This document shows positions 12,503 to 23,987 of a stretch of DNA of 64,000 nucleotides, piece after piece. Location: the NCBI GenBank assembly GCA_040357565.1, contig JBDODJ010000049.1; one strand, 5' to 3'. The stretch comes from Cercozoa sp. M6MM (Eukaryota; Protista; Endomyxa: Ascetosporea). Within the stretch, counting starts at the first letter, position 1, and every line of letters begins with the position of its first letter. The notes beneath the pieces were generated by a model. The model was not told the origin of the DNA, ran no database searches, and was given only the letters and a program-made list of their open reading frames with translations. The position numbers and the translations under genes were made by a program.

Positions 12503-13388
12503 TTTGAGATTGATTGTACGTACGGCGCGATATAACTCACTTACAATTGAACATCCTTCAATCCGCATGGAAGCACATCTCAGGAATAACACGTTTTGGC
12601 TGTGCCTGACTCTCCTTAAAGCGAGCTGAACCTCGAAAATCCTAGGAATTTTATACAGCGGCAGCGACTATCGTTCACGTGCTCGTGGTCTTTTACATCT
12701 GCGAACCGAACGGTTAAGACAGCATTAATGTTACATGATACTGGTTTCTGCGCGAAACCAATTTCCGTCCTGATCCGGTTCGGACCGTTCGAAACACTGA
12801 CACGATTTTCGCCGGGTTGCAACCGTTCTCCAATTTTGTTGCGACCGTCCTCCAATTTTCCGTTTGTCCTCTCACTGTACCTATACCCCCTGTTTGCAAA
12901 CAGTATTCATTTCATAGTTGGTTTAGTTCATTTTTACGAGTGCAATACTAACTTACTGTAGTCCTAGTAACCTCCGCTTTTCGCCTTCCATCATGTACCC
13001 GGTATGTCGCGCTCCCTTTTGAAGTTGTTACTGGCAGATCACAGATGCGCGCCCCGTCTCGATTATGTAAAACATCGTTGCGTTTCGGGTGAGGTAACAA
13101 TCAGAATGATTTCATGCGCAGGTTGGTCAACTTCATTTGCACCATCATTGCAGTACGTTCCCCGAGTTTAATTGCCTCCTGCGTACGCCATGTGATGTCG
13201 GAAGTACCCCTGTGTCAGGTTTTCACACTTTAAACATACTGTAAGCAGTGGGTGCGGTACACATTGACCACCTGCACACCGTGATCAAGGCGAATCAAGT
13301 GAATTGCATCCCAGACATTCCCTGTTGCGAGGAGCTCCAGAAGTCTGTCGACGAGGCCAACGACAAGTTGTTTGGACTGAACGTGCCG

Positions 13389-13399
13389 TGCGTGTGTGC

Positions 13400-13450
<51 letters not shown>

Positions 13451-13460
13451 NNNNNNNNNN

Positions 13461-13508
<48 letters not shown>
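13389..13508. repeat. (TG)n microsatellite with a 10-N gap
   Basis: Direct reading. Confidence 0.95.
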
Positions 13509-13511
<3 letters not shown>

Positions 13512-14129
13512 CTCTGTTTACTGTACGGTAAACAGCACGATCTGGTGGTTGGCGGCCACTGCTCACGCCGGAAGCGAGCTCACTTCTTCCACGGTCTCTC
13601 CGTCCGACATTGACGCCTTCAACTCCAGTACATTCTTCACTTTAACTTCAACTTTCCTCTGAAGCTGCGTGCTACTGAAACGTATTTTGGTTCCTCTCGG
13701 AAGGCATGGCGAACATGTTCATGGCGTTCTTTGGCGTTCTGATGTGCGTCTTCCTGATTCGCCAGGGCCCGAACAGCGGCGCTAGTGGCACTGCTGCCAC
13801 CGTTACCACAGGTGAAAAACCCAGTGGCATGGATGAGCAGGTCTAACGCTGGCAACCGGCGACAGAGCGAAACTCCACGACCGTTGCGTGACAAGCTCGA
13901 CCGACGTAGGACTCGACACCAAAGCCTGAATTACTAAAGGCTGCGGTACCAAATGGCTTAACCTCCTTCGCTTCTGCGTCTGATATCTTTCAGTTATTTG
14001 AGACGAGTTTAATTTCTTACTTTTCTGTAGTCGTTGTCTTCAGTTCACTAAGGTTTTGCATCGGTGATCTCGCAGCATAACTGAACTTATTATAATATAA
14101 TTCATATCCCCCCGATCCCCAAACGGAAG

Positions 14130-15714
14130 TTATTCTTGTGGCTCATCGGTCTCGACGCGCACCTCGAGCTGCTCGTCGTTGCTGCTGCCAGGCGCCTCAG
14201 TGTCGCGGATCTCACTGGGCGACATGACCATGGAGTCACGCGCAACTGCACAGCGAAACATTGAGACTCACGCAAAGCAGGCAAGGGCGCATGGTTACGG
14301 TTGGCATTGCGGTTCTCCTTGCTGGTCAAGAGGGGCGTCGAAGTCGACAGACCCAGGCCGAGACCGACCTCACTACAAATGATACAAACAGGTCATGTGC
14401 AGAAATACACATAGATAGAGATTTGGGGCAGGGCAGGTACTTGAAGTTCGGCAGCGTCTTGTCAGGCCAGTAGTGATCGAGGAGTAGCCACACCATGGGG
14501 ACGACGTACCACGCCACGATCACATCGACCGAGTAGTGCTTGCGACCGGCCACAATAAAGAGACCTAAGAGGTGGGGGGGGGGGGAGGGGTAAAGGCTAA
14601 GTAATGAGAAGGGGAGAGGGTAAAGTACCAAGCGCTAGGATAGTGCACCACACCAGAGCAATGGCCCACTTGGGCCAGCGACCCTTCTGGTAGGCGTACT
14701 TGGTCAGCAGCAGTGCACACGTGATGGCCATCAGTGTGTGCGACGAGAAGATCAAGTCACCTGCACCGACACACCAGATAGAGCAGACCACAGCATGCCA
14801 AGAAGGCAGTACCGCAGCCTTTGAACGCGTCCAGTCGGAACACAATGTCCCCTATCACAACACCGCTTGAATACTACGACTAAGCACAAACACTATATAT
14901 AGGCAAGCTACAAAAGGTCTCAGGCGGATCGTACTCGTCCGAATCCGGCTGGCAGTGCGAAGCTGGCGACGGCAGTACCTGGGCGAGAGGGGGTTAAAGG
15001 GATGGGATGGGGGGGGGGGTAACCCTACCGTAACGACAAAGCTAAGGCATCGGAAGATTTCGCAGATCGAGAAGGCCACGAGTGCCCGCGACAGCACAAC
15101 GGAAGCAAAGACCTGCTTGCGGAAACTCCGCTTGACGGCAAAGCCGTGCACAGCAAAGACCAGCGCCGATAAGAAGAGAGAAAAGAAGAGCAGCTCGCTC
15201 ACGATCGTGACACCCTCGGGCAGCTCGGGCAGCAACTCAAAGCCCAGGTCGCGCAGGCGCTCGCCTGGCCGGTGCAGGTAGTACACCACGTTCGTCATCA
15301 CACTGTGCACGTACTGCATGATCGCTCCGAACAGAATCGGCTTCCACAGGCCCGTGTCCTTCACGAGGAACCACTCGCGCTTCGCGTGCAGCTTCGCGTA
15401 CTCCAGCGGCCCTGCACAACAAGCAGCCTTCTCTTATTTTCAAGAAACCTGTCCCATTGGCTTGTGTGAACGAAGAAACGCACGCAGAGCCGCCAGGTCC
15501 TCCTCGTTGTCGTCATCCGGCACGTCGTCGCCCACTGACACGTCGATCTGCAGTTCTTTCTCCTCCGCGAGCATCGTGGGGTCAACCTGCTCGTCCGACT
15601 CAATAAAGCCGATCGCGCTGTAATTAAGCCCCGGACCAGGATGCCAGACTAGCCGTACGCTATGCACACTGTCGGGCAAGACAAACGAGCGTCTGGGCGT
15701 TTTTGCGTGAGCAT
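14130..15714 (-). CDS. Inositol phosphorylceramide synthase (plant IPCS / sphingomyelin synthase PAP2 family)
   Basis: YYLHRPGERLRDLGFELLPEL, VTVLPSPASHC, GCGDLIFSSH, IVAGRKHYSVDVIVAWY (catalytic H/H/D). Confidence 0.9.
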
Positions 15715-15793
15715 CAATTAAGGCAGCGCCTAGCCTGGATACGCAACGTGGGCGTGCGTGTGCGTGTGTGCACCAATCATTTGTGCATCCACT

Positions 15794-18002
15794 ATGTCAC
15801 AGCCGCGTTTAGGCCGACTGCTGAGCGTGGTTGTGCTTCAGGTGACAATTTCCCACGTGTTGACTGGAGTGTGTATCAGCAGTGGAGGTTTTGCTTTTGT
15901 GTCACGTAGGATGCCCAGCTGTCAGTGCGAGAGTTGCGAAACGCCGCCGAGCGCGCTAGTTCGTGCTTGCGCTCGACGGGAAGCAACAGTACACTCGAGA
16001 TCGTGCGTGCCGCCTTGCTGGCGTTGGCAGTTGCCGTGCGTCTCGATTGCAGTCGACACTACTACCAAGTTGCAGTCACAATGGTGTGCCTTCTCTATGA
16101 AGTTTTTTTTAAACCTGTCTGTTTTAGTCCTGCCTATGTTGTGACCTGATTAAATTTGGTACGACTTTTAGACACACGTGCTGGAGAACATTGGGCCGCT
16201 GGAGCCGCCTTTGGACGCCCTGATGGGCGCCATTGTGAAAGCTTTGTTGCGACACTTGGAGGACCCGAGTACGCCTGCTCGACACGACACTATTGAAGCA
16301 GATCCGACAGTTAAAAGCGGTGTCAAAGTCGCGTCGAATCGCGACGAAAGCGAAAGCGAGTTACGTCGCGCAGCGCGGGTCACTGCAGCTTCCGAGCCGA
16401 TTTTTTCGGCCATTGTGTCGCCGTTTCTTCGAGGTGCGTTCTCCTTTCCCTGTGCTTTGCTTGCTCTTGTTTTATTAACGATTTGTTTTGGTTTTTTTTT
16501 CGAAACAGATCGCCACTGGGCCTGGCGCTACCTGTGGCGAGCATACGCGCGATGTCGGCACCACGAGGACTTTGATGGTTTCTGACTCACTTTGTCGCCA
16601 ATCAATTCATACGCTTTATTGAGGGTGACACGCGTTTGTACGACAGAGGAGTGGCGAAACGCTGCGCGAAAGTACGCCAACCTGCTGGTCAAGAGCGAAG
16701 AAACCGACACCGATCGAAACGAGCGTATTCGCAAACGACTCGAGCGACTGCGACGCGAACTGCAGCGCAAAAAGGCGCAACAGAGGCTGGTAACAACGTT
16801 TTTGGCCGTTTGGCTCTCTTTAAACTCAGTATGTGCTTATAGCTGGCACAGCAAGAAAAACAACGGCAACTTCGCGTCGCTGCCGAAAAACGTAGACACG
16901 AAAACGCGAGTGCGGAAAGCTCGGAATCGCGTGTGCCCAGGTTGTCTGACGACTTAGTCGACCTCCTGAGCAAGCAAGGTGGCGCATTTTTGCTGTTAAT
17001 GAGCTGTGGGCGTGATTTTGCGTTTGTTTTTTGGTTGTAGCCAAGAAAATGCACGAAAGGCATGTCAACATGACGAATCGCCTGGCTCTGCATGTGGAGA
17101 TTGTGGACCACGCTCATGATACGAGCGAGCAACAGAACGAGAGCGATGACAACGAGCACAGCGAGGATGATGACGAAGACAACGCTCACATGGCAGATAG
17201 GCATACTGAGGCCGACTTCAGACCCGTGGTGTCACGACGACGACGGAGGCTGCTGCGGCGAGTGCGCAAAGCGAGTCCTTTGTCGACGCCGTCTGTACTT
17301 TTGACTGTTCACACAGGGTGCAAATTGTTATTCTCATGGCTCAACGTGTGCAGACTGTGACAGGAGACACACACGGCGACATGACTTATAGCGATGAAGA
17401 TGACGTGTTGTTATCGACAGAGGAGACGAGCAATCTTGAGTTCGATGACGGTACAGTGGTCATCTAAAAAGATTGCGCTGTTCCTGGATCATTTTGTTCT
17501 GTGCAGTCGAGAACATGGTTGTTCGGCCACCACCGTGTGGAGTTTTGGGCCATCTCATACTCTCCGAGTACTGCCCATTTTAATTTTGTATACTCCTCTT
17601 CAGAGTTTTATACTTTTTGCTTGAACATGAACAGAGCGAAACCTGAGACACAGGAGATTCCGTACTCGCCCAGAAGTGTTCCAAGAAGAACGCCTGGATT
17701 TAGGTAGACTGTGTATTGTGTGCTTCAACAGTGCGAGATACGTTGAATACTGGTCTCTCCAGGCCACCTGTATTCACACTAGAAAAAGACGGACGAACAC
17801 TCGTAAGCACTCCTGTCCTAGCTCCATTTGTGGACTTCAGAGTGTAATTTGTTCGTAATTTCAGGCACAGATCGTCAAGCAGTCAGCCCACAGCAATCGG
17901 CGAACAGACAATCTTGGCGGCAGATCCGACAGACTCAGTAACCTCGATGAGGAGGTCGACGGCTTCTTAAACGACGGCAGTGTGGAGTTCCCCTTTATTT
18001 GA
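15794..18002 (+). CDS. Hypothetical multi-exon protein with coiled-coil and acidic segments
   Basis: In-frame exons with GT-AG introns (ORFs 15925, 16178, 16592, 17031); no family recognised; 3' end tentative. Confidence 0.5.
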
Positions 18003-18187
18003 TTAGACTGAACGAAAACATAGCTGAAAACATAGCTGGCACAGTACGTCGCATTTACGCTGACGACCGGATGAAACTTGAGAAACTACTGAACAGAACT
18101 CGAGCTCGACTAAACGGGGTCGGGCGTGGCGTGGGTAAGGCGGGAACCAATTAAACCGAACACACGTGATCAAGATCAAGACGCTAC

Positions 18188-19361
18188 TCACTGGTTCTTG
18201 GGTGTCTTCTTCTTCTTCTTGTTTCGCTTCTTCTTGCTCTTCTTGGCCGAGCCTGAGGGCGTCGGTCCAGCGCGCTCGGCCGGCGACGCCTTCTTTGGCG
18301 TCTGCTGCGACACGGCCTGCTCAAGTGCTTCCTGCTCGCGCTCCTGCACCTCCTCTTCGGCCTCGACGTGAACTGCCACGTCTGCAAAGGCAAAAAGCAT
18401 ACTAAACTTGTGAAACTGAGTCTTCCGCGGGGACAAAGGAAATACGGAAAATACCGTTGGGCAGCTTGTATTTGATGCCAAGCAGTGCAAGCTTCTTCTG
18501 CAGCAGTCGCTGCTTGCGAGCCACCTTGCGCAGACGCTTGGTTTCCTCCTCATCCGTTCGCTTGCGGTTGTGCTTGGCTCGGTGCAGCTTCTGCACAGAG
18601 CGAATGGAAAACCGACTTTAAAATAAAAGTTGGAGAAACACGCAGAAACGCTCAAGTCGACTCAGCGTACCTGGGTCGGAATGCGACGACGCTTGCTCCG
18701 CGCGAACATTGACTCGTGCTGCTTGTCAACAGGCACAATGTCGCACACGAGAGTCTTGTGGAACAGCATGTAGCCGTTCATCGCCTCGGCCACGATGGCG
18801 GCCGTCTCGGCGTCGGCGAACTCCACGAACGCGTAATGACGCGACTTGCCCGACTGCACAGAGAAGGATCGTCGAAAAAACAGAATACACACGCAGTTGA
18901 TTATACCTTGGGATTTCGCGACAGGCGCAATCTCGTGACCTCGCCGAACTGCGAGAAGAAGCCGCGCATCTGCGTCTCGAAGAAGCCATGCTACAGAGAT
19001 ATCAAACGATAAAAATTCTTGTGAAATTAAGTAAAGTTAAGTGAAAAAAGACGAAAAATACCGGCAGATGGCCAAGGTAGATCACGCGCGATGCCTGCGC
19101 CGGACCAGCGGCCTGCTTGCTGTCGCTCTGAGACGCCGCCTTCGGCTTCTTCTGCTTCTTGCGGCCCTTGCCGCCAATGCTCTTGCGCACACGCGTGGCC
19201 ATGTTTTTCACGGCCGCGTCGAGCTTCTCGCGCTGCTGCGGCGACAACTCTGCGCCGAGCAAACAAAAGCCACAGTCAACACCCGAAAAACCACATCAAA
19301 AGTCATGCGCACCCTCGACCTCGTCATCTGACTCAAATTGTCTCAGGTCAATGTCCGCCAT
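18188..19361 (-). CDS. NIFK: Nucleolar RRM protein NIFK/Nop15
   Basis: [60 protein letters not shown]; Lys-rich tail. Confidence 0.92.
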
Positions 19362-19533
19362 GATACTATGTTGCGCCAGCACAAGACGGGAGGCCTGACG
19401 CTTGACGTCTGCTGAAGAGTGAGTTTTTTTTTTAATTCTCTGAGTTGTAGCCACACTGGTTATCGCATTTCGCGTGAGCGCTGCTAGTGTATCCACGTGC
19501 GGTTTGTGGTTGATAATACGGGGCACACCAAAA

Positions 19534-21295
19534 ATGCAGGCGCGGAAACGATTGGTCTCGTTGTGCGCGAGACAGAGCCGGTTTGGGGCGGCAGCGTGGC
19601 GCCCAAGTCACCAAGTGCCTCCGCCAGCTGTGTTGGCGACAGCGGTGATGCCTTATGAGGGTCCGCGATCCAAGTCAGAGATCCTCATGGGCGCAGTCGG
19701 CGATTCCTGTGCGTTTCTCCAGTTTCTGTGTTGTCCTGTCTCCTGAGTCCGCAGTGTATGTGTACTGTTGTGGTGTAGACAACGAGATGATGCGAGAGGT
19801 GCGAAGTTCACCGCTGATGCAAAAGGTGTCTCAGCGACTGGGTAGGCTGAATACTATACGAGAATTAATTAGTTTATTTTGACCAATGAGTTTGACTGGT
19901 GTAGGCGGTGCCCAGGAGAGAATGCAGGCCACCACAGAGACATGGGACCAGACACGTACCGTTTCTGATATATATATATATATATGTATTTATATATATA
20001 TATATATATTTATGTATGTGTCTTAGAGAACCCGCTGCTGGTGTCGATGCGTAACGCAGCGGTATTAGAGCCCTCTTTCTTTGCCCTTTGCCCTTTACCC
20101 TTTTGTTTAATTTGTAGGACTCAGTCTCGGACGAAAACGAAAGTGGCTCCGCATACTCGGTACAGTTTTATTTTATGAAATGCCTGAGTTGATGAGGAAA
20201 ACTCTCGTAGACGATTTATGCTTTGGCCGACTACAACGAAGCTGAACTTCTGGACGATGTACGCTTTGCCTCGTCTTACCCTTACCTTTTTACTCTTACC
20301 TCTTTACCCTCCCGCCTATATCCCCTCCCTTACCCCCCCCCCCCCCAGGTGCACGAATGGAGCGAGGAGATCCTGTACAGATACCTGTGGGCACGCGACC
20401 CTCAGTGGGTCAAAAAGGTAGCTAGTGTTCTTGTTTACCCCCCTCCCCCGGTAGGTCAAATTGCACTGGTGTGTTTTGTCAGAACTGTGATGCTCGCGGC
20501 CAAGCGTATTTCGATGTGTGGCGACACGTGTTCGCAGCGCGCTGCGGCGTTGCTGACGGTACCTTTACCCGTCCCCCTTTACCCCTCCCTTACCACCCCT
20601 TTACCCCTTACCCCCGTTCCCCACAGAGGCATCAGCAGCAGCAGCGGCGGCCGCGCAGGCACGCGCACAGGGCAACGAAGAAGCCGCGTACTGTTGACTT
20701 TACTGTTCACTGTCCCGTCTTACCCCTTACGGCCACCATCGTAGTGAGGAAGAGGACCTCAAGATGCAAGCTGCGCAAGCGCGCGTGGCGGAACTGGCCG
20801 AGTCGCTGCGATTCGTCGGTCACGTTTTCCACACCGACAGACCAGGTAGTGCTGTTAAGCAGTGAGGGGTCAGAGTATTACGAAGGCAAGTATTTTACGA
20901 ATGGTTGCACAGTAATCGAACAGGCCGAGAAGGACGAGCACGGCATTCCGACAGTGCGAATGCGTTTCGCGGCGCAGGTGGACATGCGAGTCGAGGATGA
21001 GCAAGGCAACAGTGTCTACGGCCTCAGTGCCAACAGTCTTGACTACCCAAGCGTCGAGAACGGCCAGTGCCTGGTGGAGCTGCGCTTCGTTCCCGATGCC
21101 ACCGGTCCCGTCAACGAGCTTGACGAAGACGACGTCGACGAGCACCCCGACCACGAGCGCTTCACTGAATCCGAGGAGTTCTACCCGGGCCGACCTGAGA
21201 CGCTCGACCACCGCTGGCGCATCGGTATCGTCGAGTACCACGACGTCGGTCTGCTTGCTGGCGCCAGCGCTGACACTAGCAATCAGGATTTCTAA
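19534..21295 (+). CDS. TIM44: Mitochondrial import translocase Tim44-like protein
   Basis: Presequence; TETWDQTENPLLVSMR..DSVSDENES..YNEAELLDD..EEILYRYL..KKNC; C-terminal PTVRMRFAAQ..DEQGNSVYG..WRI. Confidence 0.75.
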
Positions 21296-22104
21296 CCCAG
21301 CTTATTTTTGTGGTCACGGGTAAACTACCGTTTCCGTTGTGCTGCCATGCACTTCCAGGACGCAAGAAAGGAGGCTACATCAGCCTGTTACAGCATAAAC
21401 TACTGTATCCGCGCGGAAGCAACCCAACAACTTAAAAAAATCCTCAAAAGAGGTGTGGAAGATTTTGACGTGTGTTCGCTGGTATCCTGACCTACTGAGA
21501 GCTTCAGTCCAGACTGTGGAACACCTGTGTTTGAGTAGGGAAGCCTTGAGCAAGCTTTTTGCAGCTGAACTCAAAGAAGGGCTCTCTCTCGACCAGGTAA
21601 TCTGATCTCTCCAGGACCAGTTGTCTTCGCTTCTACCTGTCCTCTGCCTTTCCAGGGCCCTTCTTTTCTTTACTTCCAACTCAAGTACTTCTGAATCCTC
21701 ACTACTCAGTTCTCACGACGCCTTTCCGTCTCAAGGACCCTTTATACTGACTGTCCTTTCTACAGTTCCCATCTGACGGGTGACTGTCCCGTCCACCACA
21801 AGTGCTTTGCCGCCCAACTGAACCGTTGGGGTAACTCACTCTTTCAAACTGACACTTGGCCACTCTTCCTCCAAGAACAGACTTTATTACGTTCCTTAGT
21901 TTTTTTTGTATCACTGGCAAAGTACCCTTAGTTTACCAAGGCCTGATCCCTATCTGAGAGGGCTGCGGTAACAAGCCTGCCTGGGCAACTGAACTGCCCT
22001 AAAGGGAAGCGTGTGTTCACTAAAGGAAGTTTTCTAAGATGTACTGAGACTTAACTAAGAACTTTTGCATTGACAAGCTTGCTCAAATTAATCTGTGCAG
22101 TCGC

Positions 22105-22885
22105 TTACTTGGACATGGCAGCGACCTGGTCGAGCGCGTTGGTGAGATCGGCCAGGATGTCGTCGATGTTCTCGACGCCGACCGAGAGACGCACGAGGCC
22201 GTCATCGATACCAAGGGCAGCGCGGTGCTCGGGCGGCACAGCGGCATGCGTCATGATCACGCTACCAGCAAGGGGGGGGGGGGGGTAACTTGAGGGATAA
22301 CGGGAGGTAGACACAATGTTACGGGTGCTCGGCGAGCGACTCGACGGCACCGAGCGACTCGGCCAGCGTGAAGACCTTGAGCTCCTCGAGGAACTTCTTG
22401 CTCTCCTCGAGACCGTGCAGGAAGAGGGTCACCATGCCACCTAACCATAGGGGTGAAGATCTGAGGGTTGGGCGGAGAAAGTGGGAACAGGGGATACCGC
22501 CAGTGCGCATCTGCTTCTTGGCAACAGCGTGGTTAGGGTGCGACTCCAGGAACGGGTAGTACACCTTCTTGACGACGTCGGTACGCGTCTCCAGGAAGGC
22601 GGCCACCTTGGCGGCATTGTCGGCGTGTCGCTCCATGCGCAGCGCGAGCGTCTTGATGCCACGCAGCGCCATGTAGCAGTCGAACGGCGCCGGCACGGCA
22701 CCGATCGAGTTCTGCAAGAAGTGCAGGCGCTGCGCGATCTCCTCGGAGCGCGTGACGGCCAGGCCCATGACGACGTCGCTGTGCCCGTTGATGTACTTCG
22801 TGGCCGAGTGCACCACAATGTCCACGCCCATCTCCAGCGGGTTCTGAGGCACCAGGACACACATAAAATACACCAAAATATACAC

Positions 22886-22966
<81 letters not shown>

Positions 22967-23683
22967 GTGTACAGATGAATATAATATACTAGGTCAGGCT
23001 ACCTGGTTGTACGGCGTGGCGAAGGTGTTGTCGATCACGACGAGAGCCTGCGGGGCCACCTGGCGAGCCACGATAACGGCGGCCTCGACGTCCGTGACCT
23101 TGAGCGTCGGGTTAGTCGGCGTCTCGATCCAGATGAGCTTGGTCTTGTCGGTGCACACGGCCGCCATGGCGTCCTTGTCGGTGAGGTCACCCACGAACGA
23201 CACGTCGATGCCGTGCGCCGACTCGACGACGCGCTTGAGGTAGCGGTGCGTGCCGCCGTAGACGTCATCCACCGACACGATGTGATCGCCCGTGGCCAGC
23301 ATGTTCACGATCGTCGCCGTCACCGCCGAGCCCGACGAGAACGCAAAGCCGTACTTGCCCTTCTCGAGCTCGGCCACGCAGGCCTCCAGCACCTTGCGCG
23401 TCGGGTTCAGCGTGCGCGAGTACTCGAAACTACACACAAATGCCTTTGCCTAAGCCTCCATCCACAATGTGCCCAGTGTACCCCTTGAAAACACCCGGCG
23501 ACGACTGAGCGTACGTCGTAGCGAGCGAGATCGGCGTGCACACGGCGCCCGTCTGCGGGTCCGGCTCCTGGCCTGCAGACACGCATCGCTTTTCACTAAA
23601 CTAGTACATCACCACCACACACAGAGGGAATTGCGTGTACCGGCATGGATGCACTGGGTGTCAAAGTTCTCGGAGTGGACCAT
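22105..23683 (-). CDS. CTH: Cystathionine gamma-lyase (PLP-dependent), 6 exons
   Basis: FDTQCIHAGQEPD, FEYSRTLNPTR, FSSGSA, WIETPTNP, DNTFATP, HSATKYINGHSDV (PLP Lys), AESLGAVESL, LVRLSVGVE. Confidence 0.96.
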
Positions 23684-23987
23684 TATCTCTGTCTGCTCAG
23701 TTTTGCGCAATGTCACAACCAAACCATGAAAACACTGCGAGACGCACTGTGACCATCTTTACCGTTACAACAATATCTGCAGTGTATAAAGACACAAGAT
23801 GTTGTTTGAGGGCAGCAAGAATCGAAGGTTCAAATTATAATGAATCTTTCGTATTGGATTGACTGCGGGATATTTGGACGGTACGTTTGAACGGTTCAAG
23901 GCACAGTCCACGGCCCCCTTAATTGTTGTCGTAGGGCAGACCCAGGATCTCGCCACGTCCACAGGTAGTTTCGAACCCGTGACTCTA

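Noticed and set aside
13248-13662. ORFs rich in CV or HT dipeptides (also 22905, 43792-44165)
   Set aside because: Translations of (TG)n/(CA)n microsatellites, not proteins
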